The notes under the pieces: model-generated
Seen by the model: the letters and a program-made list of their open reading frames with translations, nothing else
Database searches by the model: none
Told to the model about the DNA's origin: nothing
In this document: in pieces, positions 47,892 through 56,908 of the stretch
Layout of the letters: each line of letters begins with the position of its first letter
How positions within the stretch are numbered: the stretch's first letter is position 1
DNA from: an uncultured virus (IMG/VR IMGVR_UViG_3300035698_029469)
Taxonomy: Duplodnaviria > Heunggongvirae > Uroviricota > Caudoviricetes
Virus record (IMG/VR): IMGVR_UViG_3300035698_029469
Length of the DNA stretch: 64,000 nt
Strand: one strand, 5' to 3'
Position numbers and translations under genes: made by a program

Positions 47892-48147
47892 GCGATCTCT
47901 AAATTCTTTTAAATTAATCAAGAGGGACCCCCTGCGGCCTTGTCGCCCCGGGGGGATATACAGCCAGGATGCTGCCGTTTTTGTATAGTTGTAGTATTTC
48001 TAAAGTGAAAAAACCAAAAAAAATGCCGCGGTGGACCGCGGCGAAAACAAACTGGGAAATTTTATTTTGGTCGATGATTTTGGCAAATATTGCCACGTTC
48101 TAATGGGTAATCACAAATTTTAATAGTTCTTCCATTTTTCATTTCTC

Positions 48148-48477
48148 CTAAATTACCGACTTGCTGCAAGAGCAGCAAGGACAATTTTTAATGTCCAGGC
48201 AAGTACACTGATCGCCTGAGCAATTTTCATCGGGCGTAAACCCCCGGCAGCATTTTTCGTCCGTAGATTGCAAGCTTTCTAAATAATCAATATCGGCTGC
48301 TAATTCGGCAAGCTTGCATACACACTGTGCGGGGTCGGGGCTTCCCTTTAAATATGGACACCCCGCGCAATGCCAATGTGCGGCTTCATTGTATGTGATC
48401 TCGTAGATGAAATCGTATTGATCACATTGTCGTTCGTAATCTTCTAACATATTTTCTTCATTGTTCATTTTAATCAT
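48148..48477 (-). CDS. Cys-rich hypothetical protein
   Basis: GGAGGATGATTAAA linker; many Cys. Confidence 0.6.
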   Translation of the reverse strand: MIKMNNEENMLEDYERQCDQYDFIYEITYNEAAHWHCAGCPYLKGSPDPAQCVCKLAELAADIDYLESLQSTDEKCCRGFTPDENCSGDQCTCLDIKNCPCCSCSKSVI

Positions 48478-48527
48478 CCTCCTATCTGCTCCATCGCCGC
48501 TCGTGCGATGAATGCAGGAATGGGCAC

Positions 48528-48683
48528 CTAATCGGTGCCCTGATAGCGTGCTTCTTCTCGGGCCTCTATTTGTTCAAGGCAAAGATCAATACGAAGATAG
48601 CATCCCTCAGCCCAGCAAATAGTGCAATTACCCCTGCAAGCGAGGTTATTCCACTGATCAATATATAGTTCTTCTTGTTCCAT
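48528..48683 (-). CDS. 51-aa Cys-containing protein (MEQEELYIDQW...)
   Basis: GGAGAAATGAAAA linker; not in the ORF track. Confidence 0.55.
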   Translation of the reverse strand: MEQEELYIDQWNNLACRGNCTICWAEGCYLRIDLCLEQIEAREEARYQGTD

Positions 48684-48698
48684 TTTTCATTTCTCCTT

Positions 48699-48896
48699 TT
48701 ACTCTTGTTCATCAAGGGGGCATTTGTCATAGTTCGGGCAAATGTCGCAATAACGGTTGTCGCACATCTCCCCCACACCTACCAAACATTTAGTATGTGA
48801 ACGAAGTTGAGTATTGGGTCCGAATCCAAGTGGTGTTGTTTCACTCACAATGTAATTTTCATTCCTTATTTTGATATTGCATATCCAACAATCCAT
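48699..48896 (-). CDS. Small Zn-finger protein
   Basis: Same linker; CWIC..HTKC..CDIC. Confidence 0.6.
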   Translation of the reverse strand: MDCWICNIKIRNENYIVSETTPLGFGPNTQLRSHTKCLVGVGEMCDNRYCDICPNYDKCPLDEQE

Positions 48897-49087
48897 TTTT
48901 CATTTCTCCTTTTAGGTGATGCTCGGTGCTTTCGGGTCCCCGAGTATGTCATTCGGCTAGCCTTCACTGCTCTTTGACGAGTGATGGTGTCCTGATTGTG
49001 CTCACACTTTGAGCAAAGACCGCCGTTGTATCGGTGGTTCACGTTGGTTGTGTTTTCGCCGCATCTTTCGCATTTCATTTTAATCAT
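48866..49087 (-). CDS. Small Zn-finger protein
   Basis: CERC..CSKC. Confidence 0.55.
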   Translation of the reverse strand: MIKMKCERCGENTTNVNHRYNGGLCSKCEHNQDTITRQRAVKASRMTYSGTRKHRASPKRRNEKWIVGYAISK

Positions 49088-49949
49088 CTCTATCCATTTT
49101 AGCGCCGGGCTTGTATCTTTGCGATCCCCAATACTTAGAGATCCCCCTACTCCGAGATCTTTCGGGATGCGGGGATTTGAGACTACTCGATAAATCTTTC
49201 GTCTGTTTAACTCCCGAGACTTGTCGGGGGTTTAGATCGGTTGAAGTGTTCGGGGTAGTTCCCCGCCCGCTTCTAATTATAAAAGGGGCAACATCATATA
49301 TAAACATATGGTGTTTGTAAATGTCCCCGCCGTCCATAAGTTAAGAAGCGGGGATATTAGACTACTTAGTAGTATGGTGTATTTTATATTGCGGTCTCGG
49401 AATTGATTAGGGGACATTGGAAATTTAAATACTCTTAGAGAAGCGGGAAAAATTAACAAATTACTGAGAGAAGCGGGAAAAATTAAACGACCTGTTAAAT
49501 GCAGCTTCCAAATTTATAAATTAATTAGCCGAACGCTGTAAATTTATGTGTTAAGCTAATAAATGCTATAATAGTCAGGGTCAATCTAAATTAGGATAAG
49601 GCCCCGAAATATTGGGTAAGTTGGATAAGTAGACTAATAAGCTCACTTCTCAATCTATGGATAGAATGGACAACCGCAAAACCGAAGCCTTTATATATGA
49701 TGTTGCCCCATTTGATATTAGAAGCGCAGGAAAATATGCCGGCGCGGTCTGAATCAAATAGGCGGAGGAAAGACGCCTCTAAATATAAGTCCACGGCTCT
49801 GGCAATCGTAGGCCGGCAAAAACGAGTGCAAATAGTGCTTTCAACCCCCCCCCGGGTTGAAAGAACTTGGAGATGTGACTTATCTCCCTAATCATTAGGT
49901 CATCCCGGCTTAGCCGGAGAAATGTATAAAATGAAAATGGTGAATTATT

Positions 49950-50144
49950 ATGATTATGGACCAATTAATGACCCTTGCTGACATACATCCCTATCTCGGG
50001 GAAATGGATGTGCACGAAGCAATTGTGTGCGCTGAACATATTATGTCCCTGCCGCCCCCCCCGAAGCGACCCAAAGGTCGCACCGACCCGATCAGAGAAT
50101 TGATCGGTACATCTATAGAGGGCGCAGACGCCCTATGGAAGTAA
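49950..50144 (+). CDS. Hypothetical protein
   Basis: GGTGA SD. Confidence 0.45.
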   Translation: MIMDQLMTLADIHPYLGEMDVHEAIVCAEHIMSLPPPPKRPKGRTDPIRELIGTSIEGADALWK

Positions 50145-50493
50145 GACATATGAACAGTTGGCAAAAAAGGCACATCCAACGATGGTGCGAATATCAACAC
50201 GGCGGCGGCAACCGGCCCCGGCCCCCACCGTTGAATCGGGAACAACTTCGGACTTGGCATAGGCGCGTAAAGAAGGCGCGCCCCACCTTCAACGGCGTCC
50301 CTATTTAATCTCCCCTCCCCCCCCCCCGAGATACTTTTCAATCTCGGAGATTTTACCTTTTTTTCGCATTGTGGTAGGACCATTCTCAGAAAAAAAATAA
50401 AAAAAAGGAAATTGATGTTATTTAAGAATTGATTTAAGATGTATTTAAATATTAACCCCGGAGAAATGATACAAATGATAAATACCCCTCATT

Positions 50494-50868
50494 ATGATGA
50501 AATGCTATAATTTATTTGAAGCAATAACCGAAGTTGAAAATCGAAAAGGCCTTTTTGGTCTTTTCGGTCTTCTGGACAATCTCTATTACCTCGCTCACGG
50601 CCCCGCTCACGGCAAATCCACAACAATCGGCAACATAAACAAAGCCGGAATCATTTACCGCTTAGAGCAAATAGCACACCAATACAACACCCGAAATTTG
50701 GTAGTTTACCCTGCCCACTTCCTCGCTTTAGTAACCATCGCCCGTCTCGGCGGCTGCGGCGAAGCCGGAATCACTCTCGATTACAACAACTATGACTACA
50801 AAGGTTACCGCCGCTCAACACCACTCCCCGGCGCTTTCCCGACCCCTGCCGCCGAAAATTCCCCATAA
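50494..50868 (+). CDS. Hypothetical protein (C-rich DNA) carrying a variant of the shared motif
   Basis: HFLALVTIARLG. Confidence 0.5.
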   Translation: MMKCYNLFEAITEVENRKGLFGLFGLLDNLYYLAHGPAHGKSTTIGNINKAGIIYRLEQIAHQYNTRNLVVYPAHFLALVTIARLGGCGEAGITLDYNNYDYKGYRRSTPLPGAFPTPAAENSP

Positions 50869-50915
50869 ATCCCGAATCTTATCCGAAAACCAACACAAAA
50901 GGAGAAATGATATAA

Positions 50916-51260
50916 ATGAGTTTTTTAAAGAAATTAATTAGCATCCTCGATCAATACGAGGATTATCACAAATACCAATATTGGCTGCAATTGTGCGGTC
51001 GATATGACATCCCCAAAGGGAGTAATCAATGGTGGCAACTTAAATGTTGCCCCCGACATCACTATCGCCCGAATACCGATTTTATCCCAATCACCCCGAT
51101 TTGGAGCGATCACAGGCCCCCGATCTTAGGTTATGCCGCCGATCGATGGGGCGGGAGTCTCTCGGGTGGGGTTGTTAGGGTTTTCTCCCAAACATCGGTT
51201 TGGGGATATAACGAATTTATCTCGGAAACGTTAAGCCCGAAAATTCCCGAAAAAATATAA
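50916..51260 (+). CDS. Hypothetical protein
   Basis: AAGGAGAAATGATATAA linker. Confidence 0.55.
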   Translation: MSFLKKLISILDQYEDYHKYQYWLQLCGRYDIPKGSNQWWQLKCCPRHHYRPNTDFIPITPIWSDHRPPILGYAADRWGGSLSGGVVRVFSQTSVWGYNEFISETLSPKIPEKI

Positions 51261-51274
51261 AGGAGAAATGATAA

Positions 51275-51535
51275 ATGATAAATTTAGACCGAATAGATTT
51301 TACCAACGGTAAAATCACAGTTACCAACCGTGGCTATATCCGCCCGGTCACCATCAACCTGCGATCATCGCGCTCTCAACGCCGCGAAACACGCCGGTCC
51401 CGGCCCCGAAACCAACGTCGAATCCTAAAACGACTCGCCGGCCGCAACCCCGGAATCACTTTCCGAAATCGTGACCAAAACCCGGACCGAAGCCCCCGAC
51501 GTGAAAAAACACCCCGGCAAAGGAGATCTGATTAA
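51275..51535 (+). CDS. Arg-rich basic protein, putative nucleic-acid binder
   Basis: Linker motif; RSSRSQRRETRRSRPRNQRR. Confidence 0.6.
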   Translation: MINLDRIDFTNGKITVTNRGYIRPVTINLRSSRSQRRETRRSRPRNQRRILKRLAGRNPGITFRNRDQNPDRSPRREKTPRQRRSD

Positions 51536-51536
51536 T

Positions 51537-51839
51537 ATGCCTGCCAATACCCAACTAACCGGCAAACGCTGCCACATAAATTATGATACCGACAGTCCCG
51601 ACGGCTCTACCGAAGTCGGAACCATAGTTAGCCTTACCACCATAGGAAAAATCGTTTTCCTAAAACTGGAAGCCGTTCCCTCCCGCCACCAGTACCATAA
51701 ATATAAATACATCCGGGCCGACCGCATTACCCGAATTATGGTCGATCTAATTGACCCCAATGCCGCCGAAACCCCTGAAAGCGACCCTGACCTGATGAGC
51801 TGTAAAACGCCGGCCGCAAAAGTTCTTAATTTAGCCTGA
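51537..51839 (+). CDS. Hypothetical protein, possible Sm-like fold
   Basis: AAGGAG SD; LTGKRCHI..GTIVSL..YIRADRITRI. Confidence 0.55.
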   Translation: MPANTQLTGKRCHINYDTDSPDGSTEVGTIVSLTTIGKIVFLKLEAVPSRHQYHKYKYIRADRITRIMVDLIDPNAAETPESDPDLMSCKTPAAKVLNLA

Positions 51840-51882
51840 GCGAAGCGAAGGTCTTCCGAAGAAATTAACCAGAATAGGAGAA

Positions 51883-52098
51883 ATGATAAAAATGATGATA
51901 TATATTTTAGAAAGAATTTATAATTCGGCAACCAAAGAAAGTTATCCAATAGCCGTTTTCTCGACCGTAGAAGATGTAAGAACCGCTAAGTTTGAATTAA
52001 ACCGCCTGAGGAGTAGTAACAAATATAAATATTACGGTATGGAGTTGGATGAATTCAATCCCGGGGAATTTATGAATAGAATAAAGTGCATAGAATAA
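51883..52098 (+). CDS. Hypothetical protein
   Basis: Linker motif; IYILE..IAVFST.E. Confidence 0.6.
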   Translation: MIKMMIYILERIYNSATKESYPIAVFSTVEDVRTAKFELNRLRSSNKYKYYGMELDEFNPGEFMNRIKCIE

Positions 52099-52158
52099 AG
52101 AATGTCAAATAACCCAAATCTTTAGGGAAAGGCCGGCAATAAGAAAGGAATTAAGAAT

Positions 52159-52410
52159 ATGGAAGAAATAAGTCAAAATTGGGAACTAAGAGTTAGAACA
52201 AAAGGTACGGTATCTTGTTCTAAATGCAGAGAACTTTTAAAGGATACAATTATAGAATTATGGAATAGAATTCCAAGATCAAAAAATATGAATTATTTAT
52301 TAATTACAACTTGTTATAATTGTAGTTTTAAAAGTTCGGTAATATCGATAAGAAGCAGATATGATAAAAATTATGGTGTGGTAATAGAAAGATTAGTAAA
52401 TGATAGATAG
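52159..52410 (+). CDS. Zn-ribbon protein
   Basis: CSKC..CYNC. Confidence 0.55.
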   Translation: MEEISQNWELRVRTKGTVSCSKCRELLKDTIIELWNRIPRSKNMNYLLITTCYNCSFKSSVISIRSRYDKNYGVVIERLVNDR

Positions 52411-52491
52411 ATTTATATTAGGAAAGGCCGGCACCTGTCGATGAAACCGACATTGGCGGCAAAACTATAATGAAAAAGGAGAAATGATAAA

Positions 52492-52680
52492 ATGATAGGA
52501 AAAGATTGCAACACGTGCTGGTATCAACTGTTAATGATTGATGAATTTGGCGATGATATAGCTTACTGCGGCCAGAATAGCGGAAAGCGGAACGATTGTC
52601 CGTTCTATGATAATTTCTTGGTTTCGGATGATATGGATGACACTGTGAAGATGGCCATTCAATATAAAAGGAAGGGATAA
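52492..52680 (+). CDS. Small Cys-rich protein
   Basis: Linker motif; CNTC..C..CPFY. Confidence 0.6.
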   Translation: MIGKDCNTCWYQLLMIDEFGDDIAYCGQNSGKRNDCPFYDNFLVSDDMDDTVKMAIQYKRKG

Positions 52681-52684
52681 TAAA

Positions 52685-52975
52685 ATGTTAGTAGAAAATG
52701 AAGCGGCGAAGGAATTCGCCAAACCCTGGATTTTTCCGGGTGATAGAGAAGTATTAATTGTCGAAGATATGAGAGTAGGTGAGAGTTTTATTTGTATGAC
52801 GGCTAATTCCGAAGATAATGAGCTTTCTATGATTATAGGGACAAGATACGGGGGACAAAATGAAAAAGAAGTTGACGACGTAGAATTTAATTTAAAAGAA
52901 CAAGATCTAAGACTGTTGGCGGCAATTTTCACTGCCGAAGCCGAAAGATTGAAATATAAAACAACGGAGGAATAA
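52685..52975 (+). CDS. Hypothetical protein
   Basis: Tiled; SD present. Confidence 0.6.
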   Translation: MLVENEAAKEFAKPWIFPGDREVLIVEDMRVGESFICMTANSEDNELSMIIGTRYGGQNEKEVDDVEFNLKEQDLRLLAAIFTAEAERLKYKTTEE

Positions 52976-52978
52976 ATT

Positions 52979-53167
52979 ATGGGAAAAATATATGGAAAAT
53001 ATGGTTGCTTAACTACTATAAATGATAAAACATATTATGGAATTTTTGATGGTGCTATCTTTGAGAATAACACTACCGCTCTATTTATACGGGTTAGGGG
53101 AGAGCGGGAAATTTTAATTCCGTTTCACCGAATAGAATCAATTGAAATCCTAAATGAGGATAGATAA
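52979..53167 (+). CDS. Small Sm/Hfq-like fold candidate
   Basis: GKYGCLTTINDKTYYGIF..ILIPFHRIESIE. Confidence 0.55.
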   Translation: MGKIYGKYGCLTTINDKTYYGIFDGAIFENNTTALFIRVRGEREILIPFHRIESIEILNEDR

Positions 53168-53188
53168 AAATGCCAGTAAAATGGAGGA

Positions 53189-53488
53189 ATGATTAAAATG
53201 GGAACAGATTTTTATGCCATCATCATGGTGGCGGTCGAAAGAGACGAATTGGAGCTTACCGACGAAGAAAAAAAGTATTTGGATGATAATGAAGAATATG
53301 GCCAATGGGATATTGAGAACAACGATGATAGATGTCTCATAGGGTGTATAATCGCCGAAACAGACCGCTATGGCGATATATCATTAGATACGGGACTATT
53401 GGCTTCCAAAATCTCATATTGGATGGTTGAAATCGAGGATGAGTTGGGTGTAACACCCGAACTTCACCTTTTCGTTAAGGAGAGATGA
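53189..53488 (+). CDS. Acidic hypothetical protein
   Basis: GGAGGAATGATTAAA linker. Confidence 0.6.
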   Translation: MIKMGTDFYAIIMVAVERDELELTDEEKKYLDDNEEYGQWDIENNDDRCLIGCIIAETDRYGDISLDTGLLASKISYWMVEIEDELGVTPELHLFVKER

Positions 53489-53491
53489 AAA

Positions 53492-53851
53492 ATGGATATA
53501 AACACAAATTATTTTGATGAAATAAAAAAGGGTGGTATAAAAATGGAAAGTGTAAATGAGATAAGGAATAGATGGAAGCGAGAACTATCAGACATTACAA
53601 TAGAAAATGTCGATAGTTTGATTGCCGATGTAGATCGAGTCAAAGAACTATCTATAGATTTCCCGACTGAAAATATCGATATTCAGAAGCAAAGTGTCGA
53701 TATAAAATTTTTATTGTTACATTTTAAAATGTTATTGGAGTATTCCGATAACGCGAATCTTATTGCAACTTTAAATGAACAACACCTTTTCAATTTGAAT
53801 TTTTATATGTCTGCCGCTGCAATATTGGAAATGCGGAGTTTTGATGATTAA
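53492..53851 (+). CDS. Hypothetical helical protein
   Basis: GGAGAGATGAAA linker. Confidence 0.55.
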   Translation: MDINTNYFDEIKKGGIKMESVNEIRNRWKRELSDITIENVDSLIADVDRVKELSIDFPTENIDIQKQSVDIKFLLLHFKMLLEYSDNANLIATLNEQHLFNLNFYMSAAAILEMRSFDD

Positions 53852-53877
53852 AGGGGATAAAAATGGAGGAATGAAAA

Positions 53878-54102
53878 ATGGAAATGGAAAAAATGAGTTT
53901 TATATTAGGTGTGGGATTTACAATAATGATGGGAATAATAATTATGGCTTATCTTTATTATAGATGGCAGGAGAATTATTTTGTAAACCCGCCCGAAAAT
54001 TTAACGAAAAAACAAGTTACAAAGGGAACTGCTATTCTTTCCGTGCAATCTATTATAATTATTATTTGTATGTTTTTAATTCCGATAATAATTATCAGAT
54101 AA
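53878..54102 (+). CDS. Two-TM membrane protein
   Basis: Linker motif; hydrophobic segments. Confidence 0.6.
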   Translation: MEMEKMSFILGVGFTIMMGIIIMAYLYYRWQENYFVNPPENLTKKQVTKGTAILSVQSIIIIICMFLIPIIIIR

Positions 54103-54116
54103 TTTAAAAAGGAGGA

Positions 54117-54602
54117 ATGATTAAAATGCCGGAATTAGAAATGACTTGGATGGTAATATTATTATTTTTTATAATCGGAATAATAATTTTTATCGGATGT
54201 TTTTTATTTATTTTATTGAATAAATATGTATTAGAGGAAGCAAATAAGGAATATCAAAAGGGCAATAAAGATGATTGTTATGGATTTATTATAATGCTTT
54301 TAATATTAGATTATTTAATTTTCGGAGCTATATTTTGTATTGCGGATCATTATATTCGGGGTTATTATTCTTATACATGCGCAATTATAAGTTATACTAT
54401 GATAGCTATTGTAGTTAATATTATGTTACTTGCTATGATTGCTTGTGGAATAGAAGATGTATCTGAAAAAGAAGAATCGTTAGGTATTATATTGGGTGTA
54501 GCAATATTAATTATTGTAAATTTATATTTAATATTAATATTGATAAATGCTTTGGATTATCTTGGAATGGATTTTCTGCCGATTGTAGTAATAAAGTGGT
54601 AA
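54117..54602 (+). CDS. Four-TM membrane protein
   Basis: Linker motif; four hydrophobic segments. Confidence 0.65.
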   Translation: MIKMPELEMTWMVILLFFIIGIIIFIGCFLFILLNKYVLEEANKEYQKGNKDDCYGFIIMLLILDYLIFGAIFCIADHYIRGYYSYTCAIISYTMIAIVVNIMLLAMIACGIEDVSEKEESLGIILGVAILIIVNLYLILILINALDYLGMDFLPIVVIKW

Positions 54603-54619
54603 ATAAGGAGGAATAAAAA

Positions 54620-55201
54620 ATGGAAGAATGTAATTGCGAAAAGTGTATGAGTTTGTGTTCAGGAATGCCGGGATGGTTTAAAGGCGGGCAGGCTATAAAA
54701 GCGGCCGAACATTTAAACTTATCACTACTTGAATTTTTTGATCAATATCTTATGTTTGATAGTTGGGGTCAAAGCTTTATCCGGCATTGTTCGGCAGATA
54801 TTGATGTCTTAATGCCACGAAATAATAAATATAACTTATCAGATATAATGAAAAGACCGATGATGGAAAGGCGGCACGCTCGATGTAGATTATTGACGGA
54901 TCACGGTTGTAAATTGCCATTAGAACTTCGACCGTTTGAATGTGCCAACATATTTGGATGTAATTATCCGAATAAAAAAAATAGTCGAGAAATTCATATA
55001 GAAACTGCAAAATCTTGGGTTAAAAATTATTTGGAAATTGAAGGAATATTGTCGATGAAGGGTTATACCCGCGAGAGACTTTATCGGGAAACAAACCAAT
55101 ATGAATATGATTTTGGTTTTAGCTCGAGAAATCAACATGATAATTGGGAAAATGATTGGGAATGGAAATATGTTCAAAATTTAAGTGATGAGGGATTCTA
55201 A
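54620..55201 (+). CDS. YkgJ-like cysteine-cluster (Fe-S/Zn) protein
   Basis: CNCEKCMSLC..PGWF; CRLL..GCKL..RPFEC. Confidence 0.7.
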   Translation: MEECNCEKCMSLCSGMPGWFKGGQAIKAAEHLNLSLLEFFDQYLMFDSWGQSFIRHCSADIDVLMPRNNKYNLSDIMKRPMMERRHARCRLLTDHGCKLPLELRPFECANIFGCNYPNKKNSREIHIETAKSWVKNYLEIEGILSMKGYTRERLYRETNQYEYDFGFSSRNQHDNWENDWEWKYVQNLSDEGF

Positions 55202-55227
55202 AAAGGCCGAATAAGGAGAAATGAAAA

Positions 55228-55377
55228 ATGATTGTAAATGATTTGCTTAGATTGAGAGATGAGATAAAAGATTATATTTCAAATAGTGATAAAATAAAAT
55301 ATAATAGTTTTATAAGAATTGCGAAGGATGATTTGGATTTTGTAGAAAGTGAAATAGAAAGGGAAACGACAGATTAA
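55228..55377 (+). CDS. 49-aa helical protein (MIVNDLLRLRDEI...)
   Basis: AAGGAGAAATGAAAA linker; not in the ORF track. Confidence 0.55.
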   Translation: MIVNDLLRLRDEIKDYISNSDKIKYNSFIRIAKDDLDFVESEIERETTD

Positions 55378-55406
55378 CCCGACCGAGTCAGAAGGAGGAA
55401 TGAAAA

Positions 55407-55844
55407 ATAATTGTAAATGGAAAACTCTTCAAACTCACAGATCGTTGGATTGGTTTACGAGTACGACGTAATGAGCAAAGAGGCCGATTTATGGGGTTTG
55501 ATGAAAGCGGACGGCACATTGTTCAATTTCAAACTTTTAAAACTGGAATTATAAACACAAATAATCTTAGCCTGGGATCACAAATAATGGATTTTCTTAA
55601 TAATATGTATCGCGTCAGACGTGCTATTACAACTGGTAATATATCAATATTAAATATATCGGGCGGTGATATTTTAAATATTGATAGAAATGTAATTAGA
55701 TTAGAAGATATCGATGTTGCAGTATTGAACGAATATTTTACTGAAGTAATGGAATTATATCGATTAATATTTGAAGTGTCAATTAAAATGACGGCGCCTT
55801 CAAATAAAATTGATTTGGGCCACCGGAAAAGTTGGTTCGATTAA
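55407..55844 (+). CDS. HRKSWF-family protein, probable ATA start
   Basis: Linker followed by ATA; IIVNGKLFKLTDRWIGL aligns with the N-terminus of ORF 57389. Confidence 0.6.
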   Translation: MIVNGKLFKLTDRWIGLRVRRNEQRGRFMGFDESGRHIVQFQTFKTGIINTNNLSLGSQIMDFLNNMYRVRRAITTGNISILNISGGDILNIDRNVIRLEDIDVAVLNEYFTEVMELYRLIFEVSIKMTAPSNKIDLGHRKSWFD

Positions 55845-55857
55845 GGAGGAATGAAAA

Positions 55858-56334
55858 ATGAGCGATTTGGATTTAATTATCACTACTACCAATTGCACAA
55901 GAGCCGAAGCCATTAACGCTTATAAAGTTTCGGGTCACAACTTTGTAAACACAATTGTTTATTTAGTTGATCATACTGAGTTGAAAAATCGAATAAAGGC
56001 GGAATTAACGGAAATATTAGATGATTTTTATAAATTAATTTATCATAAAGATTGTAATGTTATGTCTATAAGTGATGATAGGATGTATAATAATGATAGT
56101 GGTCTTTATTTTTATAGAAATCATTCTGGATTTAGATTTTTTCAATCGCAATTATTTAAAGTGCATTTAGTAAATACTCGTTATGATGTAAATATGATAG
56201 ACACACAAGAACTTGTAAGAATATCAACCGAAAAAGTAATTAATCTGTTAGTAGTGTCACGAATGACATTACCTAAGAATTGCGATAAAAAATTAATTAT
56301 TAGATATATAAAACAATTTAGTCGGTTTATTTAG
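55858..56334 (+). CDS. N-terminal NAC-type UBA-like domain plus shared C-terminal motif
   Basis: SDLDLIITTTNCTRAEAINAYKVSGHNFVNTIVYL; RISTEKVINLLVVSRMT. Confidence 0.65.
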   Translation: MSDLDLIITTTNCTRAEAINAYKVSGHNFVNTIVYLVDHTELKNRIKAELTEILDDFYKLIYHKDCNVMSISDDRMYNNDSGLYFYRNHSGFRFFQSQLFKVHLVNTRYDVNMIDTQELVRISTEKVINLLVVSRMTLPKNCDKKLIIRYIKQFSRFI

Positions 56335-56350
56335 AAAGGAGAGTGAAAAA

Positions 56351-56539
56351 ATGAGTAAACGAATATATTTAATTATTGGTATTTTATATTTTTTATTATA
56401 TGTAATATTAATAATACAATATAGTTTAAAGATAATAAATATTGATATGTTCACGATTGAAGTATCTTATCTAATGTTTATCGGCGTGGTTTTATATTGG
56501 TTGTTAAATCACCACCATCAAAGGTTAAAAGGAGAATGA
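56351..56539 (+). CDS. Two-TM membrane protein
   Basis: Linker motif; hydrophobic. Confidence 0.6.
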   Translation: MSKRIYLIIGILYFLLYVILIIQYSLKIINIDMFTIEVSYLMFIGVVLYWLLNHHHQRLKGE

Positions 56540-56543
56540 AAAA

Positions 56544-56894
56544 ATGAGTGAAACGATAACACGAATCAATCAGGCGACACTTGAAAGTTTTCCATTCCAT
56601 TTAATTGACGATAGTCAATTACGTAGAGTGGATAAAGATTGGGGTAAAGATTGGGGAATCTTCATTCAGTTTCACAATGCTCCAAATCGAACCTTTATTT
56701 GGTTATTATCTGATAGTATTACTTTATATTATAGGAAGATAATTTGTTGGTCACCTTTCGATTTTAAAGGTTGGGATTATAAAATAACCGAATCCGAATT
56801 GAATACCTTTTTGGCAATTGCCCGATTATACGGCAAAAAGAAAACAGTAGCCGAAATTAAAGATGCTCTTAAAAAATTAGGTCGGTTTATTTAA
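56544..56894 (+). CDS. Hypothetical protein with shared C-terminal motif
   Basis: KITESELNTFLAIARLY..IKDAL. Confidence 0.6.
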   Translation: MSETITRINQATLESFPFHLIDDSQLRRVDKDWGKDWGIFIQFHNAPNRTFIWLLSDSITLYYRKIICWSPFDFKGWDYKITESELNTFLAIARLYGKKKTVAEIKDALKKLGRFI

Positions 56895-56908
56895 AGGGGG
56901 AATGAAAA

